Shown: positions 40,909-54,618 of the stretch, piece by piece
Numbering within the stretch: position 1 is the first letter of the stretch
How the letters are laid out: each line of letters opens with the position of its first letter
Source of the DNA: Eledone cirrhosa
Lineage: Eukaryota
Length of the DNA: 64,000 bases
Assembly: GCA_964016885.1 (NCBI GenBank)
Contig: OZ024756.1
Location: 23,188,001 to 23,252,000 of the forward strand
Direction of reading: 5' to 3'
Notes under the pieces: generated by a model
Seen by the model: only the letters and a program-made list of their open reading frames with translations
What the model was told of the DNA's origin: nothing
The model's database searches: none
Program-made: the position numbers and the translations under genes

Positions 40909-41097
40909 CATGGAACTCCTTTAACCATCTTTTGATCTTATATTATGTATACTCCAGTCCTACAAACTGTAGAGTGCTTCTTATCCGATATCTGCATTGC
41001 TTTATTGTACTACAATAAAACTCACCTCCTACATATATATATATATATATAAATGAAAAGTATAGAAATTATTGTAGCAAAACGCCAACAGTATTCC

Positions 41098-41137
<40 letters not shown>

Positions 41138-41466
41138 TATATACACATGTATATAATACATACATATAAGCAATATTAATCGGCGTGGATTGCTGAAAAA
41201 TAATATTACTTGCTGAATAATTTAAATAACGAAACTGGTGACCTGTTTCATTTCCATTGTATTCCTATCAAATATATTATATTTTAGTGTATGTATGTAT
41301 ATATGCATATACATACATATATTTATATACACATATATATATATTTATATACACATACATATATACATATACATATATACATATATATATTTATATGCAC
41401 ATAAAGACAGCCAGCCAAGACGACAGACAGACACAAAAAACCGCCATCTTAATTATAAGCAAAATA

Positions 41467-41535
<69 letters not shown>

Positions 41536-41714
41536 TATGTAGGGAGATTAGATCTACAGTCAGGTGGGTTTTGAAAAACACATTAAAAACTTTCTTAGTA
41601 GGACATCTTTTTTTTTCATTCAATTCTTGTAATTATTGCTATTTTTTCTCTTGTATATTGAATGTGTGTGTGTACACATACATACATGGTGTATATATAT
41701 ATACACACGCACAC

Positions 41715-41749
<35 letters not shown>

Positions 41750-41753
<4 letters not shown>

Positions 41754-42213
41754 GTTTCTACTTTAGGCACAAGGCCAACAATTACCCAGTGCATTACTGG
41801 TACTTTATTTTATCGACCCCGAAAGGATGAAAGGCAAAGTAATCCTCGGCGGGATTTGAACTCAGATCGCAAAGGGACGTAACTATGCTGGAAAGCATAG
41901 CGTCCGACCCTCTACCGATACTGCCAATTCACCGCCTTTATATATATATATAATTGTTTCTACTTTTGGCACAAGGCCAGCAATTATCGCAGTGCATTAC
42001 TGGTACTTTATTTTATCGATATAATGATTGGCAATGAGCGGTGGATTCGCAGTATTGGTAGAGCGTCAGACACCTTGCTTTGCAGCATGGAGTTAGGACC
42101 CTTTACGTTCTGATTTCAAATCCCACCGAGGTTACCTTTGCCTTACATCATCATGGGGTCGTACCAGTAAAGTACTTGTGAATTGCTGGCCTTGTGCTCA
42201 AAGTAGAAACAAT
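41750..42213. mobile_element. SINE S1 cluster (41750-41938 -, 41952-42020 - partial, 42036-42213 +)
   Basis: Matches to the S1 consensus. Confidence 0.85.
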
Positions 42214-42471
42214 TATATATAAGAGTTTGTATTTTCAGTAAAGGCGAAACGACCGTAAAAAATATTGAGTGCTGTACATTATCTGATACTTTTATAGTCT
42301 CTCTCCTTCTCACAAACACGTGTGTGTGTGTGGTGTGGTGTGGTGTGGTGTGGTGTGGTGTGGTGTGGTGTGGTGTGGTGTGGTGTGGTGTGGTGTGGTC
42401 TGGTCTGGTGTGGTGTGGCGTGGTGTGGTCTGGTGTGGTGTGGTGTGGTGTGGTGTGGTGTGGTGTGGTGT

Positions 42472-42502
<31 letters not shown>

Positions 42503-42915
42503 TTAAACGAAGTGGCCTATGATATGCGCAGATAACCTTTGGGTGTCGTATGGCATCACTATGGCTGCACTTCCTATAATCAACAAAAATAAGAATATAA
42601 TTAACAAAAATAAATATATCAACATTCTGCATACCAAATAAGGTGTATGTATAAATGTGGTCACGGTAACTTAGAAAATTACGTTCATATTAACAGGAAG
42701 TATAGTTTCTTGGTCAGTGGAAATGACATCATACTGTAACTCCTGGAGGAGTTTCACGGGCATTAAACCTAGTGAAACCATTCTCCAGGTCTGGATACAC
42801 CAGATTCTTTCCAGAGAATGATAGAAGGGGAGAGATGAAGTGAGAAAGAGATTTAGAGGGAAAATCGACTCCAGTACTAGACTGGTACTTTTTTATCGAC
42901 CTTGAATGTATATGT

Positions 42916-42966
<51 letters not shown>

Positions 42967-43032
42967 CTTCGTTTTTGTATTTGTTTTGCAAGATTTCTTA
43001 TCTGAAAACGTGTTGAAACACATATTGTTATA

Positions 43033-43198
43033 CTTTGGAAGGGTCATGCTGCCAATAAAAAACACACTCTCCTGTTTTAAAGAGCTTTGACAATCAACAA
43101 CCATCAGGTTATTAGACCGACTGGGAGTTTATAATAAGAAATTGAAGTGAAACGCAGCAGGTGTGTGTGGTTTTATTGGCAGCATGACCCTCCCAAAG
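43033..43198. mobile_element. MITE-like element with ~40-bp TIRs
   Basis: CTTTGGAAGGGTCATGCTGCCAATAAAA versus TTTTATTGGCAGCATGACCCTCCCAAAG; TSD not clear. Confidence 0.6.
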
Positions 43199-43199
43199 A

Positions 43200-43233
<34 letters not shown>

Positions 43234-43237
43234 ACAT

Positions 43238-43311
<74 letters not shown>

Positions 43312-43336
43312 ATATATATATATCGGTTATTACCTA

Positions 43337-45300
43337 AGATTCATTACCAAAGGTAAGGGTTGTCACGAATACCAAATTGAGGATATTTACTTAGATTCAT
43401 TACCAAAGGTAAGGGTTGTCACAAATACCAAATTGAGGATATTTACTTAGATTCATTACCAAAGGTAAGGGTTGTCACAAATACCAAATTGAGGATATTT
43501 ACTTAGATTCATTACCAAAGGTAAGGGTTGTCACAAATACCAAATTGAGGATATTTACTTAGATTCATTACCAAAGGTAAGGGTTGTCACAAATACCAAA
43601 TTGAGGATATTTACTTAGATTCATTACCAAAGGTAAGGGTTGTCACAAATACCAAATTGAGGATATTTACTTAGATTCATTACCAAAGGTAAGGGTTGTC
43701 ACGAATACCAAATTGAGGATATTTACTTAGATTCATTACCAAAGGTAAGGGTTGTCACAAATACCAAATTGAGGATATTTACTTAGATTCATTACCAAAG
43801 GTAAGGGTTGTCACGAATACCAAATTGAGGATATTTACTTAGATTCATTACCAAAGGTAAGGGTTGTCACAAATACCAAATTGAGGATATTTACTTAGAT
43901 TCATTACCAAAGGTAAGGGTTGTCACAAATACCAAATTGAGGATATTTACTTAGATTCATTACCAAAGGTAAGGGTTGTCACGAATACCAAATTGAGGAT
44001 ATTTACTTAGATTCATTACCAAAGGTAAGGGTTGTCACAAATACCAAATTGAGGATATTTACTTAGATTCCTTACCAAAGGTAAGGGTTGTCACAAATAC
44101 CAAATTGAGGATATTTACTTAGATTCCTTACCAAAGGTAAGGGTTGTCACAAATACCAAATTGAGGATATTTACTTAGATTCATTACCAAAGGTAAGGGT
44201 TGTCACGAATACCAAATTGAGGATATTTACTTAGATTCATTACCAAAGGTAAGGGTTGTCACAAATACCAAATTGAGGATATTTACTTAGATTCATTACC
44301 AAAGGTAAGGGTTGTCACAAATACCAAATTGAGGATATTTACTTAGATTCATTACCAAAGGTAAGGGTTGTCACGAATACCAAATTGAGGATATTTACTT
44401 AGATTCATTACCAAAGGTAAGGGTTGTCACAAATACCAAATTGAGGATATTTACTTAGATTCCTTACCAAAGGTAAGGGTTGTCACAAATACCAAATTGA
44501 GGATATTTACTTAGATTCATTACCAAAGGTAAGGGTTGTCACAAATACCAAATTGAGGATATTTACTTAGATTCCTTACCAAAGGTAAGGGTTGTCACAA
44601 ATACCAAATTGAGGATATTTACTTAGATTCATTACCAAAGGTAAGGGTTGTCACGAATACCAAATTGAGGATATTTACTTAGATTCATTACCAAAGGTAA
44701 GGGTTGTCACAAATACCAAATTGAGGATATTTACTTAGATTCATTACCAAAGGTAAGGGTTGTCACAAATACCAAATTGAGGATATTTACTTAGATTCAT
44801 TACCAAAGGTAAGGGTTGTCACAAATACCAAATTGAGGATATTTACTTAGATTCATTACCAAAGGTAAGGGTTGTCACAAATACCAAATTGAGGATATTT
44901 ACTTAGATTCATTACCAAAGGTAAGGGTTGTCACGAATACCAAATTGAGGATATTTACTTAGATTCATTACCAAAGGTAAGGGTTGTCACAAATACCAAA
45001 TTGAGGATATTTACTTAGATTCATTACCAAAGGTAAGGGTTGTCACAAATACCAAATTGAGGATATTTACTTAGATTCATTACCAAAGGTAAGGGTTGTC
45101 ACAAATACCAAATTGAGGATATTTACTTAGATTCATTACCAAAGGTAAGGGTTGTCACAAATACCAAATTGAGGATATTTACTTAGATTCATTACCAAAG
45201 GTAAGGGTTGTCACAAATACCAAATTGAGGATATTTACTTAGATTCATTACCAAAGGTAAGGGTTGTCACGAATACCAAATTGAGGATATTTACTTAGAT
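43337..45300. repeat. 56-bp tandem repeat, 35 copies
   Basis: AGATTCATTACCAAAGGTAAGGGTTGTCACAAATACCAAATTGAGGATATTTACTT; only two variable sites. Confidence 0.98.
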
Positions 45301-45569
45301 ATCTAAATCTGGTACCAGTTTTCAAACTACGAACTGAACTTTCTATTGAACAAAAGAGACTGTGAAGCCCTCAAACCCTCAATATACAAACGAATCTATC
45401 GATAATATCAGGTATCTGTTGATAAGCAGCTGCACTAAAATGTCATTACAATATTACCTTCTAATGTTCTGTTATGTCTTTGTTAAAACCATTTGCAGTG
45501 GCATCCGTAGCAAAGACTGCCCCGGGGTGAATATAGGAAATACGTCTATTGTAGAAATACTTCTATTGT

Positions 45570-46125
45570 GGTGATGATGATGATGATGATGATGGTGATG
45601 GGGATGATGATGGTGGTGATGGGGATGATGATGGTGGTGATGGGGATGATGGCGGGGATGATGGTGATGGTGGTGGGGATGATGGTGATGGTGGTGGGGA
45701 TGATGGGAATGGTGATGGTGGTGGTGGGGATGATGGTGGTGGTGATGGGGATGATGGTGGTGATGGGGGTGATGATGGTGATGGTGGTGGGGATGATGGT
45801 GATGGTGATGATGGTGGGGATGATGGTGATGGTGGTGGGGATGATGGGAATGGTGATGATGGTGGTGGGGATGATGGTGGTGGTGGTGGGGATGATGGTG
45901 ATGGTGGTGGGGATGATGGGGATGGGGATGATGATGGTGGTGGTGGGGATGATGGTGGGGATGATGGTGATGGTGGTGGGGATGATGGTGATGGTGGTGG
46001 GGATGATGGGGATGGGGATGATGATGGTGGGGATGATGGTGGTGATCGTGATGATGGTGGTGATGGTGATGGTGGTGATGATGGTGAGGATGGTGACGGT
46101 GGTGACGGTGGTGACGGTGGTGACG
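45570..46125. repeat. GAT/GGT/GGG trinucleotide mosaic
   Basis: Triplet periodicity. Confidence 0.9.
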
Positions 46126-46212
46126 AAAATATACGATGATGCTGGTGGTGATTATGATGATGATGATAAAGATAATGACGATAGTGGCGGTGATGACGAT
46201 GGCGGTATGATA

Positions 46213-47521
46213 ATAATTGTTTCTACTATTGGCACAAGGCCAGCAATTACCCAGTGCATTACTGGTACTTTATTTTATCGACCCCGTAAGGATGAAAGGC
46301 AAAGTCAACCTCGGCGTGATTTGAGCTCAGATCATAAAGGGCCGTAACTATGTTGCAATGCATGGTGTCCGGCACTCTACCGATTCTGCCAATCCACCGC
46401 CCTTCTAGAGTCTATATGATAATAATTGTTTCTACGTTAGGCACAAGGCCAGCAATTACCCAGTGTATTACTGGTACTTTATTTTATCGATCCCGTAAGG
46501 ATGAAAGGCAAAGTTAACCTCGGCGGGATTTGAACTCAGAATGGCAAGGGCCGTAACTCTTTGCGTCAAAGCATGGCGGCCGGCCCTCTACCGTTGATGA
46601 TAGTGATAACAATGATGATGATGATGATGATGGTGATGATGATGTATGTCGATCATGATGGCGATAATGATGATAATGATGATGACGACGATGACGCTGA
46701 TAACGATAAAGGTGACTGTTACAATGCTGATGGTAATGATGATGTTGGTAATGTGTGAACTGGACAAAAAAAAAAGGGAGATAATTATACATGTACTAAG
46801 TGTGTGGCTGTATTTTTATTTTTTATATTTCAACACTAAGAAAACTGATAGAACATTTTCAGCAAATCTTCCGCCAAGTGCACACATGACAGAACTAAGA
46901 TATTGGCGACAGAAACGTAATATTACATGCTGTGATAGAGGTCAGTTACCCTGCAGATGAGAACATTCCTTTCAGAATCAGTAAGAAAAACAATGTTTAC
47001 TCAAAACTGCTTTAAACTGGACAACGTGTCTACCCACATGATAAATTTACATTTGAAAGTAAAATTATTGGTGCATTTGTCCATGTTAGCTAGTGTCTAT
47101 ATAATGGTTTCTTATATAGCAATTTTGGAGGAGGGGACAGTCAACTAAATCGACCCCAGTGCGTGACTGGTACTTTATTTTATCGATCCCGTAAGGATGA
47201 AAGGCAAAGTTAACCACGGCGGGATTTGAGCTCAGATCATAAAGGGCCGTAACTATGTTGCAATGCATGGTGTCCGGCCCTCTACTGATACTGCCAATCC
47301 GCCGCCCTTCTAGAGTCTATATGATAATAATTGTTTCTACGTTAGGCACAAGGCCAGCAATTAGTCAGTGTATTACTGGTACTTTATTTTATCGATCCCG
47401 TAAGGATGAAAGGGAGAGTTAACCTGGGCGGGATTTGATCTCAGATCATAAAAGGGACGTAAATCTATGCTTCAAAGCATGGTGTTCGACACTCTACCGA
47501 TTCTGCCAATCCACCGCCCTT
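46213..47521 (-). mobile_element. Four SINE S1 copies in two pairs (46213-46403, 46422-46593, 47100-47308, 47328-47521)
   Basis: Reverse complement of the S1 consensus; spacer TTCTAGAGTCTATATGATA occurs three times. Confidence 0.88.
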
Positions 47522-47866
47522 CTAGAGTCTATATGATATTATTAACTAATGGCGAAACGCGGAGTTTACAGGCAAAGGAATCTGTAAATACGTACTTCGA
47601 GTATTAAATACTGTAAGCAGAACATCAAAACATGCAAGAACTTTCCAAAATTCAGCATTGAAAGCCTCACTGCTGCTGCTATTTAAATTGTAGTGATGGA
47701 GCTTTTGCTTTTTTGCTTTTTATGTTTTTTTTATTAAAATCTAATCCATTCTTTATAGAAATAGTTCAAAAAAAAAAAATGGAATAGATACATCATATCT
47801 AAATACACGCATACATTTATATAGATGTATAAATACATGAACATATATACATCCACTCACATTATA

Positions 47867-47992
47867 TCTTACGATCTGAGTTCAAATCCCGCCGAGGTTG
47901 ACTTTGCCTTTCATCCTTACGGGGTCGATAAAATAAAGTACCAGTAATGCACTGGGTAATTGCTGGCCTTGTGCCTAAAGTAGAAACAATTA
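47867..47992 (+). mobile_element. 5'-truncated SINE S1
   Basis: B box, body and tail present. Confidence 0.88.
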
Positions 47993-48130
47993 TATGCAAG
48001 CAAACATACCTATATAAATCTATATACATATACATAGATATATGTATACAAACACACACGCATACCTATCTAAATACAAATATATGCTCACATAGCTATA
48101 TAAATACATGCATAAACATATATATACATG

Positions 48131-48190
<60 letters not shown>

Positions 48191-48289
48191 ATATATATAT
48201 ATATAAATGTATGTATATATATATAAAATGTATATATATATATATAAATGTATGTATATATATATGTATATATTTGTATATATATTTGT

Positions 48290-48320
<31 letters not shown>

Positions 48321-48458
48321 TATATTTGTATATATATATATGTATGTATATATATATATGTATATGTATATATTTGTATATATGTATATATATGTATATA
48401 TTTGTATATATATATATGTATATATATATATATGTATATATATATATGTATATATATA

Positions 48459-48725
48459 TAATTTTGAGATAGAGCGCTCGTGATGTTTGCTCTAATCAGA
48501 TTAGAGCAAACATCACGAGTGCTCTATCTCAAAATTATTTTTGAAAAGCATTAGAAATGCGCAACCGGTAAAAACTTAAAACTAAAACTGAATACTAACC
48601 AATACTATTACTAATTTATACTTATTCCTAATTAAACTATTTTTCACTGGGAAAAATTTGTCAGCATTTTCTTTTCCTTTTTACTAATATATATCACAAC
48701 TCGTGTGTCACACCTCTACTTTTTT
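48459..48725 (+). mobile_element. TA-flanked fold-back element with degenerate U3/A8 hammerhead (48538-48573)
   Basis: Palindrome 48459-48537, then TTGAAAA GCATT-AGA-AATGC GCAA CCGG TA AAA, then ~150 nt tail. Confidence 0.6.
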
Positions 48726-48849
48726 AAATATATATATATATATATAAAAAAAAAAGGGAACGATCGACTTTCGTCAAATCGGACCGAGGGAACAATGTTT
48801 CCGTTGGTCTTTCCAATTGCTAATACTATCTATCGGTCACAACTCCAGG

Positions 48850-48975
48850 TAGAAGGAGCAACGTGAAATTAAAGTGTCTTGCTCAAGGACATAACGCATC
48901 ACCTGGTCCAGGAATCAAACTCACAACCTTACGATTGCGTATCCAATTCTCTAACCACTCAGCCACACGCCTTCA
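48850..48975 (-). mobile_element. SINE S2 (tRNA head plus CORE-like segment)
   Basis: GAGCAACGTGAAATTAAAGTGTCTTGCTCAAGGACA..CTAACCACTCAGCCACACGCCT. Confidence 0.75.
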
Positions 48976-48976
48976 C

Positions 48977-49052
<76 letters not shown>

Positions 49053-49188
49053 ATATATATAGTGATAGGTTATCTGGGACATTACCATTATGCTTGATGA
49101 ATGTGGGTCACATAAATTGTAATATTATAAACTTGACTATGTATACCCATCCTAATATACCTCGCATACCACTACATGTAGAAATATG

Positions 49189-49231
<43 letters not shown>

Positions 49232-49364
49232 GTAATAATAATAATAATAGTAATAATAATAATAAATAATAAATCTGTTATTTTAATAAATATGTATATA
49301 TATATATACACACTCACACTTACATTCACACACGTACACATATATATATATATATATATATATA

Positions 49365-49554
49365 GGAAACAGTAAGACCCCGACAGCTGAGCTCAAGCCG
49401 TTTCGACGGCTAATTCTGGACTAATTAGCCGTCGAAACGGCTTGAGCTCAGCTGTCGGGGTCTTACTGGTTCCTATTACCCACTCTACTACCTCAAGTAT
49501 TGAGTACTTTGGTGCGTTATGGTCCACCTGGTTCCTTACCACATTTCCTTCGTT
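49365..49554 (+). mobile_element. Family A fold-back element
   Basis: Arms turn at GACGGCTAATT-CTGGACT-AATTAGCCGTC; TA flanks. Confidence 0.85.
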
Positions 49555-49702
49555 ATATATATATATATATATATAAAGATTTTAAGATAGATTTAATGTA
49601 CCGTTTCCGAACCAGATGCCTTAGCCATGAACAAATTAAATGTGAAGTGAATCACTTTTACATATTCCTCCGTACACACAAAATATATCTTTTTGCGGAT
49701 GT

Positions 49703-49730
<28 letters not shown>

Positions 49731-49733
<3 letters not shown>

Positions 49734-50001
49734 TATTCAAAATATTGATAAATGAAAAATATTCTCATAATCAAAATATATATTTTATTATACATATTTC
49801 AAAGGTACAATGGTGTTTAAACACCATTGTACCTTTGAAATATATATAATAAAATATATATTTTGATTATGAGAATATTTTTCATTTATTAATATTTTGA
49901 ATAATATTAAATAGTCCATGAAAATTTTTTTGTCGAGTACTTCTAATCTATTGTAAAATTGTATTCGTTGAATAATCAACGAACCATATTAATCTTTGGT
50001 T
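49731..50001 (+). mobile_element. Family-C-related fold-back element (HHR 3' half)
   Basis: Palindrome 49731-49906 centred on GTTTAAAC, 18 nt upstream of GAAA TATATA TA^ ATAAAATA. Confidence 0.75.
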
Positions 50002-50037
<36 letters not shown>

Positions 50038-50114
50038 CCAAAGATTAATATGGTTCGTTGATTATATATATATATATATATATATATAAAACCAAAGATT
50101 AATATGGTTCGTTG

Positions 50115-50188
<74 letters not shown>

Positions 50189-50362
50189 CACACACAAACT
50201 GGCAATGCATGGAGTGCTCATTTTCGTACCACACCCAGTAACTCATTGAATCACATTCTGTATATATATATATATATACATATACACACATACATATATA
50301 GACCCACACATATATATACACACACACATACATACATATATATGTGTGAGTGTATATATGTA

Positions 50363-50430
<68 letters not shown>

Positions 50431-50716
50431 TATACACACATATATACACACACACACACCACACATTTACTATTATATCTTATACATGTACATACATGTC
50501 TCCTTCACTTGAGGCCTGTGTCCACTCTGTCGACGATCTGATAACAGTGTTCACTGTGGAAATCATTGACAAGTAGACACACGTTAATATAGTTTCACCG
50601 ATAAACAGTATCGATTTTCAACGTTGATTAGTAACTTTCATTGTTGGATTGATTTATCAGTGAAACCAATGACAAATGTCACACAAGTTGCGTCACATGT
50701 CATCTGTCTTCCCGCC

Positions 50717-51305
50717 TTTACTCATTACTGTCATCATAGTAGTAGTAGTGGTGGTGGCGGTGGTGGTAGCAGTAGTGGTGATAGTAGTAGTGGTGGTAGT
50801 AGTAGTGGTAATAGTAGTAGTAGTGGTAATAGTAGTAGTAGTGGTAATAGTAGTAGTAGTAGCAGTGGTGGTGGTGGTAGTAGTAGTGGTGATAATAGTA
50901 GTGTTGATAGTAGTAGTGGTGATAGTAGTAGTAGTGGTAATAGTAGTAGCAGTGGTGGTGGTGGTAGTAGTAGTGGTGATAATAGTAGTGGTGATAGTAG
51001 TAGTGTTGATTGTAGTAGTGGTAATAGTAGTAGTGGTAATAGTAGTAGCGGTAATAGTAGTAGTGGTGATAGTAGTAGTGTTTATAGTAGTAGTGGTGAT
51101 AGTATTAGTAGTGGTAATAGTAGTAGTAGTAGTGGTAATAGTAGTAGTGGTGATAGTAGTAGTAGTGGTAATAGTAGTGGTAGTGGTGATAGGAATAGGT
51201 GGTAGTATTAGTAGTAGTGGTAGTAGTGATAGTAACAGTAGCAGCAGCAGTAGCAGATGTAGTATTAGTAGTATTTTTATTACTAGTAGTAGTAACAGCA
51301 GCAGC

Positions 51306-51364
<59 letters not shown>

Positions 51365-51397
51365 CAGTTGTAATATTAGTAGTAGTAGTTGTAATAT

Positions 51398-51445
<48 letters not shown>

Positions 51446-51460
51446 AAGCAGTTGTAATAT

Positions 51461-51495
<35 letters not shown>

Positions 51496-52130
51496 ATTGA
51501 TTGGACAAATCCTCTCGACCCTAAATCTCTGATATTGTGTTTATGTGAGTAATCATTGGAGATGTTAACGACATTCTTTTTGTCGCCATTGTAGTTGATG
51601 TCACTGTTGTTGATATTGATGTTGACATTGATGTTGTTGATGTCACTGTTGTTGATGTTGACATTGATGTTGTTGTTGACATTGATGTTATTGTTATTGA
51701 CATTATTGTTGTTGTTATTGACATTGATGTTGTTGATGACATTGATGTTGTTGACATTGATGTTGATGTTGACATTGATGTTGTTGTTGACATCGATGTT
51801 TTTGTTGACATTGATGTTGTTGACATTGATGTTGACATTGATGTTGACATTGATGTTGTTGACATTGATTATGTTGATAGTGTTGTTGATGTTGACATTG
51901 ATGTTTTTGACATTGATGTTGTTTTTGACATTGACGTTGCTGTTGACATTGATGTTCATGTTGGCATTGATATTGTTGACATTGATGTTGTTGACATTGA
52001 TGTTGTTGACATTGATGTTGATGTTGACATTGGTGTTGTTGTTGGCATTGGTGTTGTTGTTGGCATTGGTGTTGTTGTTGGCATTGGTGTTGACATTGAT
52101 GTTGTTGTTCACATTGATGTCACTGTTATT
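50717..52130. repeat. (AGT/GGT)n array (50717-51495) and (GTT/GAT/GACATT)n array (51590-52130)
   Basis: Triplet mosaics. Confidence 0.9.
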
Positions 52131-52238
52131 GTAGGTGCTGTTGTACTTGTCAGTGTTGTCTTTGTAGATGTGTTGTTGTCATTGTCGGTGTTGTGATGTT
52201 CTTGTCAGTGGAAACTATATATATATATGTATATGTAT

Positions 52239-52283
<45 letters not shown>

Positions 52284-52290
52284 AATATAT

Positions 52291-52339
<49 letters not shown>

Positions 52340-52518
52340 AATATATATATATAATGGAGAACGGAAAGGGACCATAGTCAGTTAAATAAGGTACTCAATA
52401 CATTAGAAGAGAGGGCAGATATTTATTGCATGTAGAAATAATTGACATCTACATGAGTAGAACAGTGCTGTTCGTTTGATATCATCAGGACTGTCCTGCA
52501 TAGAAACGTGGTTGATTC

Positions 52519-52634
<116 letters not shown>

Positions 52635-52767
52635 AAGAGAGAGAAAGAGAGAGAAAGAGAGAGCCCATTTTCAGATACACCTTGTACATGTGCGCACACA
52701 TGCCTATCTATATCTTTATACATAAGATTTAAAATGAATTTTGTAGATATAACATTTGAATCAGAAT

Positions 52768-52802
<35 letters not shown>

Positions 52803-52819
52803 ATATATATATATATAAT

Positions 52820-52850
<31 letters not shown>

Positions 52851-52951
52851 CGCTGTTTCTATATAGAGAGAGATATAACTGATTATAGTATTTATTTGAA
52901 CTACCAGCTGCAAGTCTTCAGACGATACTGGATTAAGTAATACATTTACTA

Positions 52952-53138
52952 ATAATTGTTTCTACTTTTGGCACAAGGCCAGCAATCACCCAGTGCATTA
53001 CTAGTACTTTATTTTATCGACCTCGTAAGGATGAAAGGCAAAGTCAACCTCGGCGGGATTCGAACTCAGATCGTAAAGGGACGTAACTATGCTGGAAAGC
53101 ATGGCGTCCGACCCTCTACCGATACTGCCAATCCACCG
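52952..53138 (-). mobile_element. SINE S1, full length
   Basis: Reverse complement of the S1 consensus. Confidence 0.9.
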
Positions 53139-54319
53139 TGTATATTTTTACTACACGCTACAGAAGCGTAGAAGTAACCGACATACGCTTGTTAATGGTA
53201 TACATCCTATTTCATTAGTGTGTGTATGTAGCTTATACATACATACATACATACATACATAAACATATGCATGTATATACACACGAACATAAAAACATAC
53301 CTGTATACACATACACACACAAACATGCGTGTGTATCCATGCGCACACAGAAATACATAAATGTATACGCGCACACACAGATACATACATGTATATATGC
53401 ATACACACACACAGAAATACATACATGTATATATACACATACACAAATACGTACATGAATACACACACACACACCAACATGTATACACACACAATCATAT
53501 ATATATACATGCATACATATATATACACACAATCATATATATATACTTGCATACATATATATACACACAATTATATATATATATATACACACAATTATAT
53601 ATATATATGCATACATATATATATATACACACACAATCATATATATATATGCCTACATATATATACACACAATCATATATATATATGCATACATATATAT
53701 ACATACAATCATATATATATATACATGTATACATATATATATACACGCGATCATATATATATACATGCATATATATACACACAATCATATATATATATAT
53801 ACATGCATATATATACACACAATCATATATATATATATATATGCATACATATATATACACGCAATCATATATATATATATGCATACATATATATACACAC
53901 AATCATATATATATGCATACCTATATATACACAAATCATATATATATATATATATACATGCATACATATATATACACACAATCATACATATATATACACA
54001 CAATTATATATATACATGCATACATATATATACACACAATCATATACAGATATATACATTCATATATAGATATATACATACATATATAGATATATACATA
54101 CATATATACATATATACATATGTATGAATGTACTAGAACATATGGTGACATCGTTTATCAAATATACTTTATTGAAGATGCCAAGTTCAAATTTAATAAT
54201 TCAATGATTTTTTATCATATATTCCTCATTAATCTTTTATTTTCAGACCATATACTGTTTCTACTTCCGACGCTGCTTCTAGACATACACACACACACAC
54301 TCTCTCTCTCTCTCTCTCT

Positions 54320-54464
54320 CCCTCACTAAATGTTTCTACTTCCAAGTCACTCTCTCTCTCTCTCACTAAAGGTTTCTACTTCGAAGTCACTCTCTCTCTC
54401 TCACTAAAGATTTCTACTTCCAAGTCACTCTCTCTCTCTCTCACTAAAGGTTTCTACTTCCAAG

Positions 54465-54499
<35 letters not shown>

Positions 54500-54556
54500 A
54501 AATCTTTCTACTTCCAAGTCACTCTCTCTCTCTCACTAAAGGTTTCTACTTCCAAG

Positions 54557-54605
<49 letters not shown>

Positions 54606-54618
54606 AAAGGTTTCTTCA
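54320..54618. repeat. Minisatellite TCACTAAAGGTTTCTACTTCCAAGTCAC plus variable (TC)n
   Basis: About 7 units. Confidence 0.85.

Larger units (their letters stand above)
38797..41032 (+). mobile_element. Long family B element with ~1-kb inverted 5' duplication
   Basis: Arms 38797-39802 and 39931-40945 are near-identical with a ~128-bp spacer; unique 3' end to 41032; TA flanks; internal ~225-bp tandem duplication present in both arms. Confidence 0.9.

Noticed and set aside
43337-45300. CRISPR-like array (also considered for 62688-63461 and for elements spaced by TA tracts)
   Set aside because: Units are contiguous with no unique spacers, the context is eukaryotic and there are no cas genes
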